Below, in pieces: positions 29,325-38,567 of a stretch of DNA of 64,000 bases. Made by a program: the position numbers and the translations under genes. A model generated the notes under the pieces. It was not told where the DNA came from. It saw nothing but the letters and a program-made list of their open reading frames with translations, and ran no database searches. Position 1 is the first letter of the stretch, and the number at the start of each line of letters is the position of its first letter. The stretch is from Planctomycetota bacterium (GTDB lineage Bacteria; Planctomycetota; UBA11346): the NCBI GenBank assembly GCA_038231435.1, contig JBBRLJ010000010.1:32001-96000 (forward strand), written 5' to 3'.

Positions 29325-30177
29325 GCGGATCCGCTGGTGTGTTCGCGCGCGGCGGCGGCGCTTTCGCAGCCGGAGTCGTCGCCGGCGCTACCAGCGGCGC
29401 CATCTCGAAGCCGAGACGGGTGAAGATCGCCGAGGCGCGCTCGTCGCGCAGGTAGTCGAGGAAGGCCTGGGCTCGCGGCTTGGCGTTCATGGTCAGGGCC
29501 ACCGGATAGCGGATCGGCTGCCGCGCATCGTCCGGGAGCAGCGCCACCACCTCGATCCGATCCGAGGTCTTCGCGTCGGTGGCGTAGACCACGCCGAGCC
29601 CGGTCTCGCCGGTCTCGACCAGGCGCAGGGCCGCGCGCACGTCCAGGGTCGGCGCGAGGCGATCCTTCACCGCATCCCACCAGCCGAGCTCGGTGAACGC
29701 CGCCTGGGCATAGATGCCGGCGGGGACATGGCTCGGATCCGCGATGGCGAGTCGCCCGTTCCAGGCCTTGGCGATGTCGAAGCCCGACGCCACTTGGATG
29801 GCGGGGCTCGGCGCCTTGCCCTTCGGAGCCACCAGCACCAGATGGTTGGCGAGCAGATTGGCGCGCGATCCGGCGCGCAGCGCATGATGCTGGTCGAGGT
29901 CGTCCATCCACTGCTCGTCGGCGCTGAGGATCAGGTCGGCTGGCGCGCCGTTCTCGATCTGCTTGGCGAGGGTCGATGAGGCGGCGAAGCTCAGCGTCAC
30001 CTCGACCTTGGTCTCGGCGGTGTAGGCCTTGGCGATCTCGGCGAGCGCGTCGCTGGTCGACGCCGCGGCGAAGACCAGCACCGGCTCGTCGCTCGTCCAG
30101 CCTCGGCCGCAGGTGACCACGGCGAAGGCGAGCGACAGAACCGCGATGCGGAGCGGTGACCGGACCTGGTGGTTCAC
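29311..30177 (-). CDS. modA: Molybdate-binding periplasmic protein
   Basis: VFAAAST, SFAASSTLAKQIENGAPAD, VPAGIYA, DVRAAL, GVVYATDA, IRYP; GTG 30177 overlaps the upstream TGA. Confidence 0.92.
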   Translation of the reverse strand: MNHQVRSPLRIAVLSLAFAVVTCGRGWTSDEPVLVFAAASTSDALAEIAKAYTAETKVEVTLSFAASSTLAKQIENGAPADLILSADEQWMDDLDQHHALRAGSRANLLANHLVLVAPKGKAPSPAIQVASGFDIAKAWNGRLAIADPSHVPAGIYAQAAFTELGWWDAVKDRLAPTLDVRAALRLVETGETGLGVVYATDAKTSDRIEVVALLPDDARQPIRYPVALTMNAKPRAQAFLDYLRDERASAIFTRLGFEMAPLVAPATTPAAKAPPPRANTPADPRAAH

Positions 30178-31130
30178 GGGGTTCCGTGCTCGAGCCATCC
30201 GATATCCGCAGAAGTAAGGCGAACGCTCGCCGCGGCGAGGCTGTCGACGAGCTGCGCGGGCGTGCGCGAACCGATGATCGCGGCGCCGCCCTGGGGATGC
30301 TCGAGGATGTAGGCGAGCGCGATGGCGTTCGGCGTGGCCTTCATGCGTGTCGCGAGCTCGGCGACGCGTTTCCAACGCGCCGCATCCACCGCCGAAGCAT
30401 TTTCCGGCAATGGCTTGGCGAAGAATCCGCCGGCCTGCGACGAGTACGGGATCTGGCGCAGGCGCGACTCGCGATGGTACGCCAGCGCCTCGTCATCCAT
30501 CTCGAGGGTCTCGTGCGCCTGCCACGGCTTGGCCTTGGCCTGGCGCAGGTTCCACGAGATCTGGCTGGCGCAGAACGGCGTCAGTCCGGTGCTAGCGGCG
30601 TGCGCAGCGGCGGCGCGCAAGCGCGCCGGTCGCCAGTTGGAGGCGCCGATGGCGCGGATCCTGCCGCGGTCGATCTCGCCTTGCAGCGCGTGCAGGATCT
30701 CGCCGACCGGCACCGCGGGATCATCGCGGTGCATCCAGTACAGGTCGATGACGTCGATGCCGAGGCGGTCGAGGCTGTCGTCGAGATCGCTGGCGATGTC
30801 CTCGGGTTTCAGGCGCGAGCGCGACGGACCGCTCATCGGAGGGTGGCCACCCTTGGTCGCGATCACCATCGACGCGCGGTTGCCGCGCTCGCGCATCCAG
30901 GCGCCGATGGTGCGCTCGCTCGCGCCCTCGCCGCCCGGGAGCCACGCGGCGTAGACGTGGGCGGTGTCGATGAAGTTGCCGCCGTCGGCGGCGTAGCCGT
31001 CGAGCAGCGCGAAGGACTGGTCGCGCGGGATGGCCGAGCCGTGGGTCGCGGTGCCGAGGCAGATCGCCGATACCGGCAGGGAGATTCCGGACAGGCGGAT
31101 GGAGCGCGATGCGGTGTCCATGTGGTTCAT
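30174..31130 (-). CDS. Aldo/keto reductase
   Basis: ICLGT, GGNFIDTAHVY, SERTIG, IATKGGHP, IDLYWMHRDD, IGASNW. Confidence 0.9.
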   Translation of the reverse strand: MNHMDTASRSIRLSGISLPVSAICLGTATHGSAIPRDQSFALLDGYAADGGNFIDTAHVYAAWLPGGEGASERTIGAWMRERGNRASMVIATKGGHPPMSGPSRSRLKPEDIASDLDDSLDRLGIDVIDLYWMHRDDPAVPVGEILHALQGEIDRGRIRAIGASNWRPARLRAAAAHAASTGLTPFCASQISWNLRQAKAKPWQAHETLEMDDEALAYHRESRLRQIPYSSQAGGFFAKPLPENASAVDAARWKRVAELATRMKATPNAIALAYILEHPQGGAAIIGSRTPAQLVDSLAAASVRLTSADIGWLEHGTP

Positions 31131-31969
31131 TTCTTGAAGTAGGCGTAGCTGGCGGCGCGGGCGCGCGTGCGCGCCTCGAGTGCGCGCATGTGCGCGTCGT
31201 CGAACGGAGCGTAGGCGCGGGCGATGCGAGCGTTGTCGTCCACCTCGGCCGGCGTCGAGCAGCCGATGATGGCGAGGGTCACTCCGGGCAGCGACAGCGA
31301 GTAGCCCATCGCCTCGTCCATGCTCAGGCCGCCAGGTTCGAGCAGCGCGCCCTGGGCCGCGACCTTCATCGCGATCACCCCCATGCCGCGGCGCATGGCC
31401 TCGGCGGCGGCGGTTGACGCGAACGGTAGACGGTGCGTGTCGGCGGCATTGAGCGCCACCAGCAGGGTATCGAAATCGAAGCGCTTCATCGCCTCGACCA
31501 GGATCTGCGGATCGTGGTGGCCGGTGAGGCCGAGATGCTTGACGCGCCCGTCGGCGCGCGCCTCGGCGAGGGCCTCGATCGCGCCACCGCGCGCGAAGAT
31601 GCGCTCGAGATCGTCGCGGGTGCGCAGGTCGTGCAGCTGCCAGAGATCGAGGCGGTCGGTGCGCAGGCGTTTCAGGCTGTCGTCGAGCAGCCTGAGCGAA
31701 CCAGCGCGGGTGCGTTCGTGGGTCTTCGAGGCGAGAAAGACCTGGTCGCGCCGCTTGCCGAGCGTCGCTCCGTAGTAGTCCATGCTACCGGCGTACGCGG
31801 GCGCGGTATCGCAGTAGGTGACGCCCTGCTCCAACGCGCGCTCGATCACCCGCGCGGCCTCGTCATCGCGGCCATGGGTGCGCAGCACGCCCTCGCCGCC
31901 CAGGCCGAACAACGAGACCGTGCGGCCGGTGCGCCCGAGCGTTCTGGTGGGCAGGGGAACGGCGGGCAT
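31127..31969 (-). CDS. Aldo/keto reductase
   Basis: RTLGRTG, YCDTAPAY, FLASKTH, SLKRLRTDRLDLWQLH, LGLTGH, VIAMKV. Confidence 0.9.
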   Translation of the reverse strand: MPAVPLPTRTLGRTGRTVSLFGLGGEGVLRTHGRDDEAARVIERALEQGVTYCDTAPAYAGSMDYYGATLGKRRDQVFLASKTHERTRAGSLRLLDDSLKRLRTDRLDLWQLHDLRTRDDLERIFARGGAIEALAEARADGRVKHLGLTGHHDPQILVEAMKRFDFDTLLVALNAADTHRLPFASTAAAEAMRRGMGVIAMKVAAQGALLEPGGLSMDEAMGYSLSLPGVTLAIIGCSTPAEVDDNARIARAYAPFDDAHMRALEARTRARAASYAYFKK

Positions 31970-32001
31970 GCGGGGAGGCTAGCCTGCTTTGCACAGGGGG
32001 G

Positions 32002-32110
32002 AACGTCCGTGGTCCGTCTCGGACAGCCGGGGAGGCCGTCGTCCGTCCTCGATGTCGGCCATCCTGCTGTCGACGACGGACGACGGACGACGGACGATGG
32101 ACCACGGACC
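32002..32110. repeat. Inverted heptamer-array repeat (GTCCGTG/GTCCGTC ... GGACGAC/GGACCAC)
   Basis: AACGTCCGTGGTCCGTC...CCGTCGTCCGTCC followed by GACGAC-GGACGAC-GGACGAC-GGACGAT-GGACCAC-GGACC. Confidence 0.65.
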
Positions 32111-32410
32111 AGCCTGTCGCCCTGTCCTTCCACCCCCGCTCGGTGTATAGAATTGAAAGCCACTCCCATCAACGTCAGTGACGGATGGTAGTACGTGCCT
32201 GGCTTGCCGTCACACGCCCGGAACCCCGGCGTTCCCTCTTGGAAGCGAGCCGAGCGCCTGCGCATGTCCGTGTCCGTTCCCTCGTCCACTCCTGAGCCCG
32301 TGCCGATGCCGTTGCCGTTGCCGTTGTTGTTGCCAATGCGGATGCGGATGCGGATGCGAAGGCGGAAGCCTTGCGGCATCCACGCGCGTTCCCGGTGGAC
32401 ATCGCGGTTC

Positions 32411-35400
32411 ATGTTCTCGCTGCTCGTTGTCGCGTGCGCGTGCGCCTGCGCTGGCGGAGTGGCGTCGGGCGCCACCGCCACCTGGACGGGAGGCGGTGAT
32501 CAGCTGCGTTGGAGCGATGCCGCGAACTGGAGCCCGGGCTGTCCCGCATCCGGTGATGACGTAGTGGTTCCGCTCTCGGCGGCCATCACCATCGACGGTG
32601 CCGCCGAGACCGCCTACCATGGACTCTCCATCACCGCCGATGGCGTGACGCTCTCGGGCGGCGTGCTGCGCATGAGCGGCGGGATCGTGGTCGGTCCCGC
32701 CACCGGAGCGCCGGGGCCGATGCGCGCGACGATCACCAGCGAGCTGGTAGCCGACACCGATCTCGCGGTGTCGTGCGCCAAAGGCGCGACGCTGGTCCTG
32801 GGCGGCGCGATCGATCTGCGCGATCACCATCTCATGTTCCAGGGCGAGGGCGCGATCGAGGTGGCCGGCGCCGTGCGTGGCGCCGGCGGGGTCGACTGCC
32901 GTGGTCCGGGCCGCGTGTCGCTTTCAGGCCCCAGCTCGTTCGCTGGCGGCTTCGTCGCGCACGGCGGAGAGGTGCGCGTCGACGCCGATGTCCCAGCTGC
33001 CGGGGATTCCCCGTGCGGCGCAGGCGAGACGCCGCTGGGCATCGACGGTGGAACGTTGCTGGTGAACACCCCCATGTTCGCGCGTCCGCTCGCGATAGGT
33101 CCGCGCGGCGGCAGGCTCGACGCCTTCGGTGCGGCGCGCTCCGTGGCCGCTCCGATCGTCACCGCCTCGTGGTCCAACGGCGGCATCACCGGCACCTACC
33201 TGCCCGAGAGCATGCGCGGTGTGGTCGAGGACGACTGGCGCGGACACCACAAGCCCGCCAGCATCCGCGAGGACGCGCTGATCAACTTCCCCAACCAGGC
33301 GTTCGGCACCAGCGACGAGCAGCGCGCATTCCATATCGCCGGCACGCCCGCCGACTGGGACGACTTCTCCATCCAGTGGGACGGCTACCTGCGCATCGAG
33401 ACCGACGGCACCTCGTTATCCACGCGCTCGGACGACGGCAGCCGGATGTGGATCGATCTCAACCACGACGGCAAGGTCCAGTCGGACGAATGGGGTTCGA
33501 ACGGCTGGGGTGGCGGACAGGGCGCGACGGTGAAGAAGGTGAGTGGGCCGCTGCCGGTTGGCGTCTACCAGATCCGCGTGCAGTACGAGGAAGGCGGCGG
33601 CGGCAATACCATGAGTCTGCTATGGGACGACCGCCGCCACGGCACGGTGAGTCTCGGGGGGCTGATGGTGGTGCCGACCGAGGACTTCCTGCGCACGGCG
33701 TCGTTCACGATCGGCGGCGAGCCGGTCGCGAGCGCCGGCGGGCAGCAGCTGACGCTCGCCGGCCCGATCAGCGGCCAAAGCGAGGTGGTGAAGGACGGTG
33801 GCAGCGTGGCGCTGTTCGCGGCCGAGAACTCCTACGCCTCGGATACCCGGATCCTGGGCGGCACGCTCGCCTGCGCGCGCGACCGGACGCTGCCGCCAAC
33901 CCATCTCGAGATCGGCCCGGGCGCTCGCCTGGATGCGCGCGGCCATGCCCAGGCGCTCGCCGGCATCTCTGGTGACGGCGAATGCCTGCTCTCCGGGGCC
34001 GCGCTCACGCTCACCGGCAACGGCTCGTTCATCGGACGCATGCCCGGACGCGGCTCGGTGCACAAGCAGGGCGAGGGAGCGATCGCGCTGCTGGGCGAGA
34101 TCTCGGACGGCGTCGCGTTCACGCTCGCCGGTGGCAGCATCCGTTTCGCCAGCGGTCGCATCCTCGCTGCCGTCCAGCTGCAGGCTCCACTCACCACCAC
34201 CGTCATGCTGCCGAGCGAGCTCAGCGGAGCGCGCCAGGTCGACTGCCTGATCACCGTGCCGGCGAATGCGCCCGACGATCTCGGCGGCGGCGTGTGCGTC
34301 GCGGATCAGCACGGCCACTGGTTCCAACGCTTCGCGGACGAGCGACTGGTCCCTGGCAAGCACCACCTGCGCTTCGCGCTCGGCGAAGGAGCGAGCCTGC
34401 ACAGTGAGCCGTGGTCGGCGCGCTGGGACGCGGCCGCGTCATCGTCCAATCGCACCGGTCTATTCTTCTGGTCGGCGAGCGGTAGTCGTGCGAGCGTGCA
34501 GGTCGATTGCCGGGTGTCGCGGCTACAGCCCGTGCCGGCATCCGGCGTGGAGTTGATCGATGGCGCGAGCCCGGCGGCGCCCGCCCATCCCGGCGAACGC
34601 CTCGAGTGGTCGTGCCGGCCCCAGCCGTTTCCGGAAAACCCGTACGATCCGCAGCAGTTTTCGCTCACCGCGGTGTTCACCGGGCCCGACGGCACCGAGA
34701 CGCGCATCCCCGGCTTCTACATCCAGCGCATGGCGTCACGGGATCGCGGCGATCGCGAGGAGGTCCAGCCGATCGGCGAGGAGGCGTTCGCGGTGCGCTT
34801 CCGTCCGCGCGTCCCCGGGCACTGGCGCCTGCGCCTCGAGGCGCTGTGGCAGGGCGGACGCACGGTCGCCTGCGAGCAGCCGGCATTCGAGGTCTCCGGC
34901 GAACCGTGGGACGACTACGTGCACGTCGATCACGACGACCCGCGCTTCTTCTCGGCGGGCGGTACCGCCGGTGCATCCACTGGTGCATCCACTGGTACAA
35001 GCGGTCTGGCGACCAGGTTTGTCTGGCCGATCGGGTTGAATATCCGTTCGGTGAACGACCAGCGCAGCCTGGCCACGCTCGGGACCAGGATCACGCCCGA
35101 CCGCGGGTCGCTCTCGTACCGGGCCTATCTCGAGCGGCTCGCCGCCGCCGGCGGCACCGGCGTCGAGATCTGGCTGGCGCCCTGGAACCTCGGCCTCGAA
35201 TGGCGCGCCGACTGGACCGGCTTCTACGGTCAGGGACGCTACAACCAGGAGAACGCGTTCCGCCTCGACGAGGTGCTCGACTGCGCGTATCGGCTCGGCA
35301 TCCGGGTGAACCTGGTGGTCACCAATCACGGCCAGGGCTCGGAAGGATCCGACCCGGAGTGGGACAACAGCCCGTACAACACCGCCAATGGCGGGAAGCT

Positions 35401-36412
35401 GGCGCGGGCAGCGGAATTCTTCACCGCGGAGTGGGCTCTCGCCGGACAGCAGGCCTACCGCCGCTACCTGGTGGCGCGCTACGCCGATCATCCGGCGATC
35501 CTCGGCTGGAAGTTGTGGAGCGAGGTGAACCTCACCGCCGCTGGCGGCAACGTGGTACGCTGGCACGAGCAGGCCGCCGAGCGCTGGCATGCGCTGGACA
35601 CCTACGGCCATCCCATCACCACGCACTGGGCAGGCGACTACGGCGCGGTGGACCACGGCGTGGTGGCATTGCGCGGCATCGATTACATCTGCATCGACGC
35701 CTACCACACGGGGCAGCTCCTGGCCCAGCTGCTGGTCAACGGCATCAGCGATCCCGGGCGGGGCCTCGGGCGCTTCGGCAAACCGATCCTGGTCACCGAG
35801 TGCGGCGGCAACTGGAACGCCGGGCCGCCCGCCGAGATCGAGGCCGAGCAGGCCAATGGGCCGTGGGCGGCGTTCGTTTCAGGCAACGCCGGCTCGCCGA
35901 TGCTGTGGTGGTACGAGTACGTCGACCAGCACGAGCTGTGGAAGCCGTACGGCGCGATCGCCCGTTTCATCGCCGGAGAGGACCTCCGTGGTGGCGACGC
36001 CGGATCGTCGACCTTCCCGGCATCGAGCCCGGCCGGCGCGTTGTGGTGCCGGGCGTGGCGCCGCCCAGGTCGCGTGCTCGGCTACGTGCTGGATCGCCGC
36101 TGGGGGATGCGCGGCGGCGACGCGCCGACCCACGACGCGGCGCGCGTTGACCTGGGCAAGGTCGCCCCGGGCACCGTCGCCATCGAGTGGTGGGACGCGG
36201 ACCACGGCGTGGCGGTGAAGAGCGAGACCATCGTCTATGACGGTGCGTCGCCCCTGGTGCTGCTGCCGCCGGCTTTCGCTCGGCACATCGCGTTCAAGCT
36301 TTCGCGTGACGCTGCGCCGGCCAAGTTGCGCGTGGAATCCATCGACGCCAGCGCGCCGCTGCGCGCGAAGACCGCGCCAGTGCCGGTGCCGGCGTCCGCA
36401 GAGGGGAAGTAG
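32411..36412 (+). CDS. Large exported multidomain glycoside hydrolase: autotransporter-type beta-strand repeats, PA14 domain, DUF5060-like Ig domain, GH5/clan GH-A-like TIM barrel
   Basis: Signal-like N-terminus, then TWTGGG..WSDAANWS; passenger repeats (GPGRVSLSGPSSFAGG, KDGGSVALFAAENSYASDTRILGGTL); PA14 (FSIQWDGYL, RSDDGSRMWID, VQYEEGGG); NPYDP...IPGFY...VRFRP; WKLWSEVN (acid/base Glu) and PILVTECG (nucleophile Glu). Start uncertain (32411 chosen). Confidence 0.78.
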   Translation: MFSLLVVACACACAGGVASGATATWTGGGDQLRWSDAANWSPGCPASGDDVVVPLSAAITIDGAAETAYHGLSITADGVTLSGGVLRMSGGIVVGPATGAPGPMRATITSELVADTDLAVSCAKGATLVLGGAIDLRDHHLMFQGEGAIEVAGAVRGAGGVDCRGPGRVSLSGPSSFAGGFVAHGGEVRVDADVPAAGDSPCGAGETPLGIDGGTLLVNTPMFARPLAIGPRGGRLDAFGAARSVAAPIVTASWSNGGITGTYLPESMRGVVEDDWRGHHKPASIREDALINFPNQAFGTSDEQRAFHIAGTPADWDDFSIQWDGYLRIETDGTSLSTRSDDGSRMWIDLNHDGKVQSDEWGSNGWGGGQGATVKKVSGPLPVGVYQIRVQYEEGGGGNTMSLLWDDRRHGTVSLGGLMVVPTEDFLRTASFTIGGEPVASAGGQQLTLAGPISGQSEVVKDGGSVALFAAENSYASDTRILGGTLACARDRTLPPTHLEIGPGARLDARGHAQALAGISGDGECLLSGAALTLTGNGSFIGRMPGRGSVHKQGEGAIALLGEISDGVAFTLAGGSIRFASGRILAAVQLQAPLTTTVMLPSELSGARQVDCLITVPANAPDDLGGGVCVADQHGHWFQRFADERLVPGKHHLRFALGEGASLHSEPWSARWDAAASSSNRTGLFFWSASGSRASVQVDCRVSRLQPVPASGVELIDGASPAAPAHPGERLEWSCRPQPFPENPYDPQQFSLTAVFTGPDGTETRIPGFYIQRMASRDRGDREEVQPIGEEAFAVRFRPRVPGHWRLRLEALWQGGRTVACEQPAFEVSGEPWDDYVHVDHDDPRFFSAGGTAGASTGASTGTSGLATRFVWPIGLNIRSVNDQRSLATLGTRITPDRGSLSYRAYLERLAAAGGTGVEIWLAPWNLGLEWRADWTGFYGQGRYNQENAFRLDEVLDCAYRLGIRVNLVVTNHGQGSEGSDPEWDNSPYNTANGGKLARAAEFFTAEWALAGQQAYRRYLVARYADHPAILGWKLWSEVNLTAAGGNVVRWHEQAAERWHALDTYGHPITTHWAGDYGAVDHGVVALRGIDYICIDAYHTGQLLAQLLVNGISDPGRGLGRFGKPILVTECGGNWNAGPPAEIEAEQANGPWAAFVSGNAGSPMLWWYEYVDQHELWKPYGAIARFIAGEDLRGGDAGSSTFPASSPAGALWCRAWRRPGRVLGYVLDRRWGMRGGDAPTHDAARVDLGKVAPGTVAIEWWDADHGVAVKSETIVYDGASPLVLLPPAFARHIAFKLSRDAAPAKLRVESIDASAPLRAKTAPVPVPASAEGK

Positions 36413-36462
36413 CGGACTGCGGAGTGTGGCGGTGATGGTGCGATACGCTGGTCGCGTATCTT

Positions 36463-36502
36463 CTCAAGCCTCGGTCGAGGCCGCTCAAGCCTCGGTCGAG
36501 GC
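36463..36502. repeat. 19-bp direct repeat CTCAAGCCTCGGTCGAGGC x2 (21-bp period)
   Basis: Directly visible between convergent genes; each copy contains the near-palindrome CCTCG-GT-CGAGG. Confidence 0.75.
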
Positions 36503-36508
36503 GTCGAG

Positions 36509-37351
36509 TCAGGCGGTGACCGCCTCGCGGAATGCGGCCAGCGGCACGCGCGCGCCATCGAGCCACACGCGCGGGAAATGCGCGCCGCGGATCGGCTCGC
36601 CGTCGCGGGAATCGACGAAGGGTTTCATCAGGTGGTGGTTGGCGGCGACATAGGCGGTGGTGTCCGCCATGTAGTGCAGGGCGATGGCGCGGCGCGGTCT
36701 GCCGCTGCGGTTGGCGTGTGAACCATGCCAGGTCAGCGAGTGGTGGAAGTGGACCTCGCCCGCCGCGACCGGGCAGAGCTTCACTTGGATATCCTTGCCC
36801 TGGAACGCGGTGGGCATGGCGTCGAAGCTGGGGATGGATTCGAGGAAGCGGATGGTGTTGCCGACCAGGTGCGATCCGGGGACCATGCTCATGCAGCCAT
36901 TGTCCTCGCCCGCGTCATCGAGGGCGATCCAGGCGGTGAGCGCGGTCGGCGCGTCCATGATCGGCCAGTACGGCCAATCCTGGTGCCACATGTTCACGCC
37001 GCCCAGCTGGGCGGGCTTGTATTGGATCTGGTCATGCCACATCGCCACGCCGCGCGAGCCAAGCAGCTGCGCGACCTGCTGGACGATGGTGGTGTGGTCG
37101 ACGAGCCGGCGGTACGCCTCGCTCGCCTCCCAGATGTTGACGATCTGCCATACTGGCCGTTCTGGATCGCCGGTGAGGTTGCTGACGCTCACTGGCTGGG
37201 GCGCGTCGGTCTTCTGGTCGCGGATAACCCGCGCGAGCTCCTCCTTGAGCTGATCGAGATGGCGATCGTCAATCACCCGGCCGCCCTTGAGGAAGCCATC
37301 GCGGTGGAACTGCTGGAGCTGGAGATCGCTGAGCATGGGGGCCTCCGTCAT
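36509..37351 (-). CDS. Phytanoyl-CoA dioxygenase (PhyH) family protein
   Basis: FHRDGFL, WHDQIQYKP, WHQDWPYW, AWIALDDA..DNGCM..VPGSH, HFHHSLTWHGS..N.S..PRRAIALHY. Confidence 0.9.
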   Translation of the reverse strand: MTEAPMLSDLQLQQFHRDGFLKGGRVIDDRHLDQLKEELARVIRDQKTDAPQPVSVSNLTGDPERPVWQIVNIWEASEAYRRLVDHTTIVQQVAQLLGSRGVAMWHDQIQYKPAQLGGVNMWHQDWPYWPIMDAPTALTAWIALDDAGEDNGCMSMVPGSHLVGNTIRFLESIPSFDAMPTAFQGKDIQVKLCPVAAGEVHFHHSLTWHGSHANRSGRPRRAIALHYMADTTAYVAANHHLMKPFVDSRDGEPIRGAHFPRVWLDGARVPLAAFREAVTA

Positions 37352-37360
37352 GCCCGCAGT

Positions 37361-38395
37361 CTAGCGTTTCCGGCCGCGGCGCGGCAATGGCTCGGGATGC
37401 TGGGGGATGGATGGATTTGCGGGTGTGGCCGGGTCGTCGGCGGGATCCCCGGCGATGCCATCGTGGCCGCGGGCAGCCAGCGTGGCCTCGCGGAAGAGGG
37501 TGGGCGAAAGCCCGTCGATCTGGCGGAAGACGCGGCTGAAATGGTACTGGTCGTCGAAGCCGGTGCGTGTCGCGACCTCCTTGATGCTCAGGTCGATGTC
37601 GGCGAGCAGCACACGCGCCGCGTCGATGCGCAGGCGGCGGAGGTAATCCTTCGGCGAGTAGCCAGTAAACTCCTTGAACAGGTGCGAGAAGCGGCTGTGG
37701 CTGAGGCCCGAGGCGCGCGCCAGGTCGGCGCTGGTGAGCGGTTCGGTGAAGCGCGTGCGCATCAGCTCGAGCGAGCGCTCGAGCTTGGCGCGCGCGACCA
37801 GCGATCCCGGCTCCTCGATCTGCATGCCGCGCCGCTGGCGCGCGCGCAGGAGCGATGCGATCAGCGTGGTGAGCCGGCCGTGCGCGGCGAGCTTGCCGGC
37901 CGGGGTGTCGCCGCTCCATGCGCGAACCAGATCGAGGAAGCCGTCCTCGATCCCGTCGCCAGGCGAGAGCGCGAGGTGCGCCGGGATCTCGAGGTCTCCG
38001 GGGAAGCGGATCTCGTAGGGCCGGCGGCGCTCCGGCTGCAGGGCGAGTCGCGGGTGCCCGGGGCAGAGATCGAAATGCACGGCAACGTGTTCGCAGGTCG
38101 CATCGCTCGCGAAGCCGTGCGGGACGAAGGGCTGGAGGAACAGCAGGTGGTGCGCCGCGAAGGGGATGTCGCCATCGCGTCTGGTCAACAGGCCATCGCC
38201 ACGCAGGATGAGCACGAACTCGTGATCGAAGATGACGCGCTCGGCGATGCGCAGCGCGCCCTTGTTGCGATGCGCTATGCGGATCGCGGGATGGATCTCA
38301 TCGACGGGGAGCGTGGTCACCCGCCGCGGCGCCGAGCCCCCTGGATCGGCGGCGCGCTGCACAGAGCTGATGATGGCGGGAGGCGTGGTTTTCAT
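37361..38395 (-). CDS. AraC-family transcriptional regulator (cupin plus HTH)
   Basis: RVIFDHEFVLI...PFVPH cupin; LARASGLSHSRFSHLFKE, IKEVA..TGFDDQYHFSRVFRQ..GLSP. Confidence 0.92.
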   Translation of the reverse strand: MKTTPPAIISSVQRAADPGGSAPRRVTTLPVDEIHPAIRIAHRNKGALRIAERVIFDHEFVLILRGDGLLTRRDGDIPFAAHHLLFLQPFVPHGFASDATCEHVAVHFDLCPGHPRLALQPERRRPYEIRFPGDLEIPAHLALSPGDGIEDGFLDLVRAWSGDTPAGKLAAHGRLTTLIASLLRARQRRGMQIEEPGSLVARAKLERSLELMRTRFTEPLTSADLARASGLSHSRFSHLFKEFTGYSPKDYLRRLRIDAARVLLADIDLSIKEVATRTGFDDQYHFSRVFRQIDGLSPTLFREATLAARGHDGIAGDPADDPATPANPSIPQHPEPLPRRGRKR

Positions 38396-38567
38396 CGTCG
38401 GAGCTTCATCGTCGGCTCTTCATCGTCGGTGGCATGGCTCGGGATGTGCCAGACGTCATACCATCCGGCGGCGTTCCGGCCACTCTCGCGGGAGCGCACA
38501 TGCGAGCGAGCGGATCATCGCCCCTGGCAGCCTTGGCCGACAGGGCGACGGCCCTAGCATCCCGCCC

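Noticed and set aside
32002..32110. CRISPR array
   Set aside because: Units are contiguous 7-mers without unique spacers, and there are no cas genes.
32195..32410. N-terminal extension of the GH5-like protein (PLPLPLLLPMRMRMRMR)
   Set aside because: Produced by hexamer microsatellites (GCCGTT)n and (ATGCGG)n; more likely leader sequence, although a start near 32337 cannot be excluded.
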